Counted from the first letter of the whole stretch, positions 1 through 12,166 are shown. The stretch: 62,190 nucleotides of DNA, filler included, from Dugesia japonica (GCA_001938525.1; 5 parts of 5 records of this genome joined end to end with filler, not necessarily neighbours in it); one strand, 5' to 3'. Translations and numbers: made by a program. Notes: generated by a model not told the origin, from the sequence alone.

Positions 1-62
<62 letters not shown>
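1..62. repeat. (TTA)n microsatellite
   Basis: Perfect TTA trinucleotide run at the window start. Confidence 0.95.
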
Positions 63-73
63 TTTAATATTTT

Positions 74-330
74 TGTTGGGGTATTATCTAAGTGGGCTGA
101 TTTTTTGTAATTAAGTCTAGTCTAGGGTGTTCAAATTCTAGGGTGGTCTACCTAGTAAAATCCCGCGAAGAATTTAATCTGATGTCCCCAAAAATCCAGA
201 TCTTTGGAATGGAGCCGTTGACTCGTAATTCAAGTACACACTCGCATTCCTTTGGTTCTGGCTCGTCTTTCATGATACTCGCTTTAATTTATAAGGTATC
301 TTTGACAATGGTGGCTTTCTCAACTATTTG
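74..330 (+). repeat. Dispersed ~250-bp repeat, copy 1 (possible solo LTR starting TGTTGGGG)
   Basis: Aligns by eye with 3790-4009 (-), 39700-39938 (-) and 42402-42600 (+). Shared blocks are TGTTGGGG, GAAGAATTTAATCTG..GTCCCCAAAAAT and CTCGCATTCCTTTGGT..ATACTCGCTT; copy 2 is more diverged. Confidence 0.8.
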
Positions 331-1579
331 CTAGAAATGACATTATTGCGGGTCTTGTTTAGTATCATTAACGGTAATCCCCCTATTATTACTTATTTGA
401 AGGTAGGAATTATTATTTTAAGTCCCAGGGGCATCATGAAAGATGCGTAACGATCTTATTCGGGTTTACTAAGAGTGGTTACGAAAGTTTAACTCAGTTA
501 ATTTATCTAAGACCTTTGGTCTGATAATTAATACTTTATGAGCGCTAATATGCAGCGATCGGGACACTCTCATTTAAATGATGATTAAAGTCATCTGATA
601 CGGTATCCGGTTTGCTCATACTTTACTACACACATTCGTTTAAGTCGTCACAATAATGATAACTTTTTTAAGAATCCTTTTATTTGTTAATTACTCATGA
701 AATAACTCCTTATTGTATTAATTTAGATAAATATTCAAAGATTCCAAACTTCAAAATCAGATGTATTAAATCAAAATTCTAAAACAAAGAACACTTTTTA
801 TATTGTACTGTTGTAAATATATGTATATATATTTAAACCAGTCCCTTGATTTTCAAGGTACTAGAATTGCACGGTTTCGCTTTTAAACAATTTTTAAATC
901 ACAACAAAAAAATCAGTCTTATTCTTATAGTTTTATTTTATGTCATTTATCAGTATCATATTGATCGACGTACTCTTTTAAAATTCGTTCAAAGTACAAA
1001 AAGCACGCTTTCCAAATTTCATTAGCAAATATTAAGATTGAGGCATTATGCGTGAAGGAGTAGAAAATTTAAAGTCTTTTGGTGATGTTTGATTATACGT
1101 AAGAAGGACAATTATTATAAGGAGCGAAATTCAATTTTCTTTAAAAAAATAACCTCCAAATATCCAAATTTAAATAAATAAAAAAATAAAATGGTAACAA
1201 TAGAATGATGTTGTTCTTAAATCATCAAAACATAAAAAATAAAAATTTATTTTATATTCAAATTTGCAGTCTTATAATTTTTTATAATTTTGTTCATTAT
1301 TTATAAAGTTTTTCATTATTTATAAATTTATTAATCAATTGTAAATTTAGTTATTATTTATAAATTTGACCATTATTGAAAAATTAAAATTTTCCTTTAT
1401 TTAAATTAATCGATTTGACGCTATTATTTTTTAAATTTATTTTCGAATTTCTCTCCTTAAATACAATCAATCATCGTCATCATTTGTTCTGATTGAATTA
1501 TAACAACTGTTAAAAAGTCGGTTTTTTAATTTTAAAAATTTATTTCGTAATAATACTTCAACTTTATTACAGTCCTATA

Positions 1580-3390
1580 ATGTCATCAAAAAGAACACTC
1601 ATGGAAAGGAAGACAATCAGTTTGGGAAAAAAATTGAAATTTTAAACAAACTAAAATCTGGAAAGGCTCAACATCTGTAGCAAAAGAAAATGGGATGAAC
1701 GAGGCAACTGTTAGAACAATAAAGCAAATGGAAGATTCCATACAAAAAAAATTGTAGCTATCGGAACTACTTTAAACGTATTTGTGAAAATCTGAGAGAT
1801 CAGCCGGAGGATTTAAAGCAGCTAAGAATATGGTGACTTTACGTCTTTATAGTAACCCATCGGGTGATCGTTTTTTGAAACCTTCACTGATTAATAGAAC
1901 TCAAAAGCCGCGTGTAATAAAAGGAAAAGATTTAGAAAATTTACTTGTATATTGGCGTTTCAACAAAAAAGCCTTGATGACGTGCGCGATCTTTGGGGAA
2001 TGGTTTCATAATTGTTTTGTACCTGAAGTGAAAAGTTATTTACAAGAAAAAACCTTGAGTTCAAAGTTCTATTAATCCTAGACAATTTACCAAGTCATCC
2101 AATAGACTTGCAACATCCAAATGTACAAATTGAGATGCCTCCTAATACAACTTCACTAATTCAACCTCAAGATCAAGAGATAATTTCTAAATGTAAGGCT
2201 TACTATATTGGAAGAAGCTTCGCAAATAGTTTAGAAAATTAGATGATAATCCTTCATTTACTTGACCGGTGTATTTGTTATCTTATTACCATTCTAATTA
2301 TATCAAGTTTGATACATTTTCATTAGAAAATGGTACCAAAAATCCATTTTTAAAATATTTTTTAAAAGTTCTTTGTTCTTTCTTATATCATTTTCTCTTA
2401 AAGTATGCATTTTCTCATACTTATCTTTAACAAAATGTATAGGTAGATTTAAATAGTATCAAAACCAAGTCTAAATGACAAAAATTGGAGTCTGCGCGAA
2501 CCTTTTAAACATTAACATTTTAAATCTTTAATAACTCAATACCTGTACGTCAGATTGAAATTCCGAGATAGCAGTTATGTTCATCAAACTTTTACGAGTC
2601 CAACAGTACCAGGTTTACCATCATAACAGGCATGTACTTAATTTAATCTTGATTTTAAAAGTGGTGATTTTAGGTGGTTCAGTTCTGACATGTCTCACTA
2701 CTGAAGTGTGGAAAATTTTACGATTTTGAATTGTATAACAAATGTCGTTGCAACCGTCGCCTAAATAAAAAAATCACATTAAGGTTTTGCTGGAAAGTCA
2801 TATGGTCTGTAATAATAGTCAAAAGAAACGTGAACACAGCTGAAAATGTTTATACAAATATTATAGACATAGCTCATTCTATTGGAGACGAAGGATTTAA
2901 TGATTTGGATATTCTAGATATTGAAGAGTTATTTNAGGATAAGGAAATTTCAGATGCGGATCTAGTGGAGTTAGTACTACAAAGGGTTCCCAAAGACAAT
3001 TCTTTAAAGACAATAATAGTTTTGAATGTGAGAATAATAAAGCCGGACATTTTGCCGAAAAAGTAATTGATGAAGGTCTTTGACTTGGTAGAGCTAACAT
3101 ATTTTTTGAACACAGATTCTGATACCAAGAGAGCATTGAAATTTCAAAGAACAATAAGAAATACGCTCAGTCAATATGAAGAAATTTATAAGAATACCAG
3201 CGAAAGTAAGCAAATGTTAATAACTGATTTCGTGTCATCTAAAAGTAAATCAACTTTTAGTAATAAAGTAGGAAATGTAGTCAACAACTCAATTAGTGAA
3301 GGTGCACCTATGAAGAACGTTGATGAATTTGATGTTAATGACTCGGATAGTGACGTTACACCATATTATCAAAGAAAAAATGAATTATAG
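1580..3390 (+). mobile_element. Tigger/pogo (TIGD/CENP-B-like) transposase pseudogene with an internal insertion
   Basis: Frameshifted translation gives an N-terminal HTH (RKTISL.KK.EILNKLKSG..VAKENGMNEATVRTI) and a DDE_1 core (YWRFNKKALMT..FGEWFHNCFVPEVK; LLILDNLPSHP; PPNTTSLIQPQDQEII), followed by an acidic C-terminal tail. Coding similarity breaks at about 2265 and resumes at about 2696. Confidence 0.85.
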
Positions 3391-3789
3391 TTTTACACAG
3401 CTCAAAAATATATTAAAAGCCGATTTATAATTCTGTTTTTTTAAGTTTGAGTTGTTACAAAGACTATTTGTATTTAAATTCTTTTACTGTTTAATTTATT
3501 TCGAAGATTGTATTTTTTTACATTTTGTATAGTTTTTATTTGAAAGTAATTTTGCTAATTTATGTTTACGTTTTTTATTTTAAAAAATGTTTTGAATTAG
3601 AATAGAATGAACTCCCACCCTTTATTCTTCAGCATCTATCTCATTTTACACTATTATAATGAACATATCTTCAACTTTCATTGGTCTTCTTTAAATCGAT
3701 TTACACGTGGTTCGGGTAGTAACATTTAATGAATGTAGCTTAACACAACTAAACATTTTTTAAAAATTATTTATCATTGTAGCAGCAGT

Positions 3790-4009
3790 ATAGTTGACAT
3801 TATTAGAATAGTAGCCAAGAAAGCCAGAGACAAAGCAAGTATCATTAAGATCCATACCAAAGAAATGCGAGCAAGCACTCTAACTACGGGTTGCGACTTC
3901 TTTACGAAAAACAAGATCAAGAACACCGTGTTTAATTTAACACTGGATTTTACTAAATGAATTCACGTAAAAATAAATGAAATTTAACTCCATACATGGA
4001 ACCCCAACA
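3790..4009 (-). repeat. Dispersed ~250-bp repeat, copy 2 (diverged)
   Basis: Reverse complement reads TGTTGGGG...CTCGCATTTCTTTGGTATGG..ATGATACTTGCTTT..TGGCTTTCT, matching copy 1. Confidence 0.7.
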
Positions 4010-4473
4010 AATTAATTACCATTTGTGGTTGTATTTACTATCTTGTTGTTTCGTCACAATCTGTTACTAGCTAAGTGCTTTCGTATTTTAAATTTCCACC
4101 TGTCGTTATATTTGCAACCCGTCTAACTATTTTTGGGATATACCGTAGTGACGGTAGAGGTAAGAATACAAAAACCATAAAAATGTCATGTAACTTGATA
4201 ACTGGTTATTGAAAATAAATCAAACATTCATTGTATTATAAAAATATTTAGTTCATCATAAATGAAATGTTATAAAATTAATCCAACTTACTTCCAATCG
4301 TAAAAATAGAAAAAGTTTTATGTGACGCTTGATTTGATAATTAAAAGAAACTTATTTACACAATAATAGTTTTAGAGTTAGTTTAATATTACTTTCTTTA
4401 AATGAATAAAATGAATCATTTGTTAATTATATATTTTTCAACCGTTCAACTGTTTATCGAATAATTTTTAAAA

Positions 4474-5011
4474 ATGGATAATGACAGTGTGACTAGAGAT
4501 ATTTTTAATGCACTAGATACAGACAAAAAAGGTTTTGTTGTTAAGCAACACTTTATTAATCAGATGACTGAATATCTTTCTCAGACAGAAGTTTCTTGTA
4601 CAGATTATGTAAGATAATAAAGCATTAAAATTTTTACTGTTATTTTAGGCATTAAATAAACTTAACTTGGTAAATAAGTATCCAGATATGATAGATTACG
4701 AAAATTTCAAAAGATTTTATGAAGATTTAATGGAATCTAAAAGTTATTAAATTTAAATTTTATTGTTACATTTTAATTGGCTTATAATTTAGAATTTTCA
4801 AAATATTCAAATACACTTTCTTTATCGGATGAAGAGTTTATAAATCTTTTTAAAATTAATTGTATTTAAATTAAATTAATTTAAGAGGTCTTATTGATAA
4901 TGAATCTGATTCTGATATATATGAAAGTGAACTGGGACCTTGCATGGATATAAACTCTTCAAGATCAACATTACATGGGAGTGTGATAAATTTAATCGAT
5001 TTTCCTCTCAA
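4474..5011 (+). CDS. Spliced EF-hand-containing protein (first four exons; 3' end not resolved)
   Basis: Exons 4474-4608, 4649-4742, 4793-4835 and 4886-5011 join in frame through GT..AG introns of 40, 50 and 50 nt. Translation: MDNDSVTRDIFNALDTDKKGFVVKQHFINQMTEYLSQTEVSCTDY/ALNKLNLVNKYPDMIDYENFKRFYEDLMESK/KFSKYSNTLSLSDE/EGLIDNESDSDIYESELGPCMD... The motif IFNALDTDKKGFV is an EF-hand-like loop. Confidence 0.75.
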
Positions 5012-5559
5012 GTATTATTATTATTTAATGCCACTATACTACTATTTTTTAAAATTATTTCAACTTTTTAAATATACAGTATTGCTTAATTTTACAGAAA
5101 ATATTTCAAATGCTTAAAATTAGAATTTATACGGGTCAAGTATTGAAAGACAAAATAATATTAATGAGTTTTCTGAGTCTGAACTAATAGATAAAAATAT
5201 CTGTATAAAACAACTTACTAAAGTATAGTAAAGATAAATTTTACGTATTAGCTGATAGCGGGTGTGAATTTACTTGTATAATATAAATAATTCATAAAGA
5301 TGTTAACTGAATGTTCTTGTAAAATTTTAAATTTACTTTATAACATAATGCTCGTAATGTATTGAAAATAATGATCGTGGAAATGAAATTAATTCTCTTA
5401 TTATTCTGCTAGAAATGTTTTTTTTCACTTTCACTAACCGAAATTAAAAATCTTTTAATTAAAAGTGTTTCATTCTAAGAATAAGAAAATTATATTTACA
5501 TTTTTTAATATTTGAAGTTTATGTATAAACAAATATCACGTTCTTGATACCACATTTTA

Positions 5560-6984
5560 ATATTTTTAAAGTTCATTCTAATGATTTACTATCAAAAAGG
5601 TTTGTTCGACTGAGTAAGTATAAAAGTACAAGAGTCAACTAAGTTATAGATTCATGTAAAAATTTTCGAAATTACAATGGAATTATTTTCTCTAGAATTA
5701 TGAAAGGCAAATCCACTTGCCAAGATTTACTTGATACATTAGTGAGATGTGTTGAGAAAAATGGCTTATTCTAGAACAAAATGGCAAGCATCACAACAGA
5801 TAATGCTAAAGCGTTTAGTGGTAAAGATATCGGTATGATTAGGCTTCTTAAACAAATTGAGAAACTAATTTACTGACAGTGATATAATGTCTTTTCATTG
5901 CATTTTACATCAGGAGAGTCTTCGTAAGTCACGTGATTGATACCGTTGTAAGTGTGGTTAACTTAATCGTATCAAGGGCACTTTATCACCGATAATTGAA
6001 ATCTTTTCTTGAGAACGTTGAAGCGGAGTATGATGATGTAATTACTACAGCATTATGAGATGGTTGAGCATGGGAAAATATATAAAAAGGTTCTGGGTAT
6101 TGCAAGATGAAATTCTTTGTATTTTGGACTAAAAAATCATGAATTTCCAATAAAAATCAAATTTGAAAGAGTTCTTTGCACTTGACATACTGAACCATAT
6201 AAAATTATTTAAAGCAAAACTAGGATTATTTATAAGGCAAGGAGAAGAGGGTAAATTTGGCCATTTTATAGTATTAAGTAAAGAAACTACCAAAAAATCT
6301 TTCTGCTAAGTTTACAAAATTAACATAAAAATTATGAAGAGATTACAGAAATTTAAAAAATGGAACCGTTCTTTAATTTGTTGACATCCAATAACTGCGG
6401 ATATTTACCCAGTCCCACTGTAGCTTCAACTCGATCTTTTAGAAATACAATCGGATCATATTTTTAAATAAAAGTTTACTTCTTTATTATTGGTTGATTT
6501 CTACAAATACTTGGCTTTGGAAAAATTTCCGTGTATTAAATGATTTGCTCCCAAAATTTTCTCTATATTTGGTTCTACTTATATTTGTGAGTAAGGTTTT
6601 TCTTGTTTCAAGATTAGTAAAAGTAGATATAGATGTTCTTTGGCAGAAACGAACTTACAAGCCGTAATGAGAATCTAAACGAGCAATCTAACTCCAATTT
6701 TAAAAACTTTTTAGAAAAATCTGATAATGTTTATTCATGCCATTAAATCATTTGTAGTCAACTTTGTTTTTCATTGGTATTAGTTTTAAGGGTTCTGTTA
6801 ATTAATTTTTTTAAATAAAATTTTTACTTTTTCGATACATTTCCGCCAATTCTTTCAATATTAATTTTTTATAACTTTTGAAAAATGCATATTCTATCGG
6901 TACTTAAATTTTTTTATGTGCGGCTCGCGACTTTTCTCTGAAATCACAATGTGACTCGCAAGTCAAAACAATTCCCCACCCCTG
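5560..6984 (+). mobile_element. hAT transposon relic (GTF2IRD2/SPIN/Buster-like)
   Basis: Degenerate motifs FHCILHQESL, RWLSMGK and FGSTYICE*GFSCFKISKSRYRCSL..NLQAVMRI (hAT dimerisation domain). Right end ...TTCCCCACCCCTG corresponds to a CAGGGGTGGGGAA hAT-type TIR. The left boundary is approximate. Confidence 0.85.
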
Positions 6985-7799
6985 ACTTAGTTGATTGGGT
7001 TCTTTTATACTTACTCATTTGAACGCGTCGCTTTTATGGTCACCTTTTTGATAGGATATCCATTCTAATCTATCATATTTCATATTCTTGAAATAACATC
7101 AATCTTCAATAAGATGAAGCGATTGTTCTTTGTTCTGGGATAAAGTGTTATTCCTTCTGTTTAAAAAGATTTTTTTTAAGGAAAAATCAATTATAACAAA
7201 GATTTATAAATAAATATTTATAATGTTTAAATAAAAAATATTTAAATATATTTGATAGAATTAAAGTATAGAAACGAAATTGAAGTTNNNNNNNNNNAAA
7301 TTGAAGTTAAAACCATGTAAACAAAATGTTAATAGGTACAAAGGTGTTATTATTATTGGATGACTAGTACGAATCGCTTTGTGGATAAATTCATAAAGCT
7401 AGAAAAAATGATTCAAAAACTANNNNNNNNNNNNNNNNNNNNNNNNNNNNNNNNNNNNNNNNNNNNNNNNNNNNNNNNNNNNNNNNNNNNNNNNNNNNNN
7501 NNNNNNATGATCATTGTTCATGTAATTTTCAAGAATAGTCATGTAACAACTGCAATCTTAAATCAAAGCAGTACTTTGTACATCCGTTTCATTTACATAA
7601 CTTTTAGAAAAATTAAAGTTACGAGAATAAATGAAGAATATATCTCTATACAGATAGAATGCATCAGTATAATATATAACTAAATTCACTCTAATAGCAT
7701 TAGGAAGCATTTTTAAATAAGTTCAATGTAAAATATTTAATTGGCATGGATTAAAATTTATCAAAGGAATACATTTATGTGTATATCCGAATATCAACC

Positions 7800-8307
7800 G
7801 AGTCGCCTTACGGGATATCTTCAATAGAATAAATAATGAAGTAAGAAAATTTCTACATCAATTTGCAAAAATGATATTTTACCACAAAACTATAAACAAT
7901 TACAAAAGAACAAGAAAGACATATGATGTAAAAATATATATGACTACACCATGGAATGTTGCAATCATAACTCTATTGAAAAACAGTGATTATCGTGAAT
8001 CATATACTCAAGACTTTGAAAATGATTACACATCATACATACAATCAATAGTTAGAAATACGGGGTTATATCTAATTAAGAATATGAATAACGGAATAAC
8101 ACTTGAAGATTTTATCACTATATATCCCTTCTTTACTTTCGTGCTCGCTCCGATTTTGGTATTAATCAAAGCCAATTGCCACAACAAGGAAATTGGAAAT
8201 TAGATATAAAGTTTATACGTACATTTCTTACATCAGTATATGTTATCATTTATGAAGTATTCTCAAATGAGATACAAATTACAACCAAGAGAACAATCTT
8301 GGTTTAA
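7800..8307 (+). pseudogene. Polinton/Maverick major capsid protein, C-terminal fragment
   Basis: With one frameshift at about 8152: QDFENDYTSYIQSIVRNTGLY..NNGITLEDFITIYPFFTFVLAP/DFGINQSQLPQQGNWKLDIKF..TSVYVIIYEVFSNEIQITTKRTILV*. This matches the recalled Maverick MCP C-terminal pattern (PDF...Y..LF..TG...G.I...F...F.FDLTPD...G.L.L...F...VIVY.EF.N.I.I...R). Confidence 0.65.
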
Positions 8308-8335
8308 ACAATCCTAGTTCAAACATACTCAGTGC

Positions 8336-9849
8336 CAAGAAGATCATATTAGAATACAAAAGCAGTTATCTCTATTCATCAAGTCATTTTGATAGTAATT
8401 TGATTGATGAAATGTTTCAAATAATAAAAATTAATACTGTACCAAAAACCCAATAATCTATCTGATTAAAAACTAAAAATAATATTGCTCAAGAAAAACT
8501 TATAAGTAGAAATTGCAAGTTATTCTAACACCTACAATGTCTTATATTAAGTTGTCCAAAAAGTTCTTTTGGTTTTATACTTTGAAATAAAAAGCAAAAA
8601 GAAAATGTTTATTATAAAAGATATTAGGCATTATTATCATTAATTTGTTATTATCTCTCAGTCAATAGCATCATTCCCTTTTCATAAAATTTGTGATTTC
8701 GTTAAGAAAAAAATACTTTAAGGTACGTTTTGATACTGTAATCTAAGGTTAAGGCTTCTCCAGCTATAGTTTTTTATAGACCGTAATAGAGAGTAGTTTG
8801 ATGGTGCCATATTGACTATATGGTGGCTGTGGCAGTAAATTCCAGCCAAGTTCTAGTAACTTTTGCTAAGTCTTCAATGCTATGTGATATTTTACGTTGT
8901 CGTGAAGGAAAACAACACCTCCATGATTTAAGAATTTGAACGTTTCTGCAGCGAGGAATTCTTTAATTTGCTTAATTGCGGATTGTAAACATTCGAGTCA
9001 ATTTTAGTGTTAACTGGTAAGAGTTCAAAATATGAATTTCCTTTATAATCCCACGAAATCGACTCATGACCTTTTCTGGTAAATATTAGCCTTTCGTGTT
9101 GTTTGAGTTGACTTACAGGGATGGAACCTTAATAATTTCTGTTTAACATTATTTTATACAATTTATTTTCCATAACTAGTTGAGTTTCTTCAAAAATGTA
9201 TTGGCTTGATTACGTCTTAAGAGCATATCGCAGATTTTGATTNNNNNNNNNNNNNNNNNNNNNNNNNNNNNNNNNNNNNNNNNNNNNNNNNNNNNNNNNN
9301 NNNNNNNNNATAACTTAGAGTTATTTTCGATAATTTTAACTTCCTTAACGCCACGTGTCTATCAACTTCACTTGATCTCCAGAAGTTTACAATGGCCTAC
9401 CAAATATTTTGAAAAATTCTCAAAAATAAACCAAATTTGCTAGTACGATCTGTTATTGCCAAAAAACCGTATACATCGCATACTTTTTTATACGTATTTG
9501 TAGCTGATTTGTCTTTTTCTAATAAAAATTTTTACTTGATAATTTTAAAATGTCTAAAATTTACTTTTTTATTGTTCATTTGAAAATAACGCCTAACTAA
9601 TGCAAAGAAGCCAAATTAACTAATATATTAAAAAAAAGTTAGTATTACTCATTATTATTAAAAATAAAATTAGTTTCAGGTTCATTACCTTCATAAATAT
9701 TTAAAACTGTTATTAAACCCGTTTTCTGGTAAAAACCGATTGAATATCTGGACAGCCTAATAAAATCAAAGATAAGTGTAAATAATAAACAATACTACGT
9801 AAACTGGCATGAATATCAAGATCCTACTTAAATATTAGCATCTCAATTA
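8336..9849 (+). pseudogene. Polinton/Maverick-type integrase C-terminus with chromodomain, split by a mariner
   Basis: 8336-8546 gives EDHIRIQKQLSLFIKSF / SNLIDEMFQIIKINT / PIIYLIKN / TYK*KLQVI (cf. GD.VRISK...FEKGY..NW..E.F.I...P..Y.L.D...FY..ELQ.V). After the mariner, 9787-9849 gives KQYYVNWHEYQDPT*ILASQL, which is chromodomain-like. Confidence 0.6.
8547..9760 (-). mobile_element. mariner element, degenerate but near full length (~1.2 kb)
   Basis: TA on both flanks; imperfect TIRs TTAAGTTGTCCAAAAAGTTC and TTAGGCTGTCCAGATATTC. The minus strand gives ELGWNLLPQPPYS.. (decayed HPPYSPDLAP motif). Confidence 0.8.
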
Positions 9850-9873
9850 ATTATATTAATTAAATTAATAATT

Positions 9874-9999
9874 TTTTATAATTTACCAAGTCATAGTTGT
9901 CCACTTATTCATTCATATAATAATGATAGTGAATTTATTGTTGAGTATCAAAATCCTATTTACTTGGAAAGACAATGGGAACTAGCTTGTTGTATTCCC
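9874..9999 (+). pseudogene. Polinton/Maverick minor capsid (penton-like) N-terminal fragment
   Basis: FYNLPSHSCPLIHSYNNDSEFIVEYQNPIYLERQWELAC matches the recalled pattern FY..LPS.S.....N..S.F......PI.L...WE.A, directly after the integrase chromodomain. Confidence 0.6.
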
Positions 10000-10060
10000 C
10001 TTTTAAATACAGGGTAAAAAGTCTATAGACAATTTCAAATATTTATTTGAATTTTATTAA

Positions 10061-12066
10061 CCCTAAAAAGCACAACTATTTTACTAACGTTAGCGAACAA
10101 CAGTGCCTCTGAGTCTCTTTGCTATGAAAAAACCACATTTTAATAATAATTGAACACAATTCATTTATTATTAGCTTTTAAATAATTGAGGAATTCATTT
10201 ATATCAATTTGAAACAAAAATTATTTATAAAAAAATTGACTTTTAAGTAACAAAATATCCTTTACATATAATATAGTTTAACAGACTATTATTTATTTTT
10301 TTTCTCATGACGAACAATTTATTGTTGTTGTAGAGTGTTGACTGCATACATTTTTCTGGAAATTGTCGCAGCGCTGCTTCTGCATTTTTCATTTTGCGCA
10401 TGGACACAAATGGCACCGTTTTCTTTTCCGGACGTTTTCATTTGAACTGGAAGTTGAAGNNNNNNNNNNNNNNNNNNNNNNNNNNNNNNNNNNNNNNNNN
10501 NNNNNNNNNACTGGAAGTTGAAGCTATAATAGAAGAACTTTCAGTAGTTGAAGCTTCGAGATAGCTGTTTATTACAGTTTTGGGCGATCGGTGTAGGTTA
10601 TTATTATTTTGCCTCTTCCTTATATGAGGTTCAATTAGAGATTCGGCCAATGCTCACAGGAATAAATTTCGTCTGTTGGATTTCTGTTGGTTCCAATGCT
10701 GGAAAGTTTTAGTCCACAGCACATATCCAGCAATTCCAGCGGCATCTAGCATATTCATAAAAAAAGCTAATGGCCAACGATTTGTTTTTCTCTTTACCAT
10801 ATATTCGTGAATAAGCTGAGCAAATGTATTAACACCTCCTTTGGTTAAGTCATAATAATTATTTATTTCCGACAGCTTTACCATTTTTTTCGGTCATTTT
10901 GTNNNNGTGGTGCATTGTTGACAAAGAAATTATTGCTTTACCTGGCTTGGGTACATGCGACGCAATAGTAATATTTTTTTGAAATCCGAATAAAGTTGTA
11001 CGTGTTTCTCGGTTTTTGTTTGGCTGAAATTCGGGTGGAATACAGACCTTATTTTTACGCAGAGTACCTACTAATGTTAGACCATTAGACAAAATATTTT
11101 GTGCTAATTCTTTACTTGTAAAGTAATTGTCCATAGTTACATTGCGATTTGTCCCAAAATATGGTGAGCACAGTTTTTCAACGACCTCTCTTCCAAGTCC
11201 AACCGCTCTGGTGTTGCCTACTTTTCCTGTATATAGAATTCCGCCGAGTGGATAGACTGTTTTGGAATCACATAACCACCACATTTTTATTCCATATTTG
11301 TCGGGCTTAGATGGCATGTATTGAATAAAAAAACATCGGCTGCGACAGGACATAAGCTGCTCATCTACAACAATATTTTCTCCAGGTATATAATATTTTC
11401 CAAAATTATGGTTTACCATTTCCCAAATAGATCTGATTGGCGCTAATTTATNNNNNNNNNNNNNNNNNNTTCTGGTATCTTTATCATCAAAACGAATAAA
11501 TCTTAGTATTTCCATAAATCTTCGAACACCCATTGTTGCTTTGATAATTATAATTCCGTATAAATTATCCCAAAATATTCGGTAGTTTTGAGCGTTGGAT
11601 TTCATATGTCCAGCTTAATTAGTAATCCAAAAAATGAATGCAGCTCATCTATTTCTATTGGTTTCCACTTTTTTGATTGACCATATATGGTTACGGCTTC
11701 TTTGTTGGTATATTTTAAAATCTCCTCACATACGGTGTTATCAATAAACATTTTGAAGCTATCCCAGATGNNNNNNNNNNNNNNNNNNNNNNNNNNNNNN
11801 NNNNNNNNNNNNNNNNNNNNNNNNNNNNNNNNNNACTTTGCTCTGGATCTTCCATATGGTTTTGCCATCCACTCAGTTCCATCTTTTCCTTTATAAATTT
11901 GTTTACATATTGGATTTTCGAACTGTTCATTTTCCTCTTTTGATATTTCATCTCATAGATGTGACGCCTCTATCACAAACTCGGCTTCAGATTCTGATGC
12001 TTCATAAGCTTGATTTTCAACTAAATCCATTTCATCATCAGTCCACTCCTCTAAAATTTGTTCCAG
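10061..12066 (-). mobile_element. piggyBac (PGBD4-like) transposon, inactive
   Basis: TTAA followed by a CCC terminus at 10057-10063. Frameshifted ORFs carry IVVDEQL, YMPSKPDKYGIK, NVTMDNYFTS, GTLRKNK and RKTNRWP, plus a C-terminal Cys-rich tail (RCHLCP). The third catalytic motif GGVD..DQ reads GGVNTFAQ. The other end is lost in the contig gap. Confidence 0.93.
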
Positions 12067-12166
12067 NNNNNNNNNNNNNNNNNNNNNNNNNNNNNNNNNN
12101 NNNNNNNNNNTTAATTAATTAANNNNNNNNNNNNNNNNNNNNNNNNNNNNNNNNNNNNNNNNNNNN
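12067..12166. other. Artificial contig linker (N44-TTAATTAATTAA-N44)
   Basis: A six-frame-stop 12-mer embedded in Ns. The same construct occurs four times in the window. Confidence 0.95.

Noticed and set aside
74-4009. Inverted repeat pair interpreted as the TIRs of the Tigger element
   Set aside because: Tigger TIRs are short, start with CAG and are TA-flanked. The same repeat occurs elsewhere in the opposite arrangement.
12111-12122. TTAATTAATTAA palindrome recurring four times (also 25212, 39616, 52338)
   Set aside because: Always centred in 44+44 Ns. It is a scaffolding linker with stops in six frames, not biology and not a piggyBac TSD.
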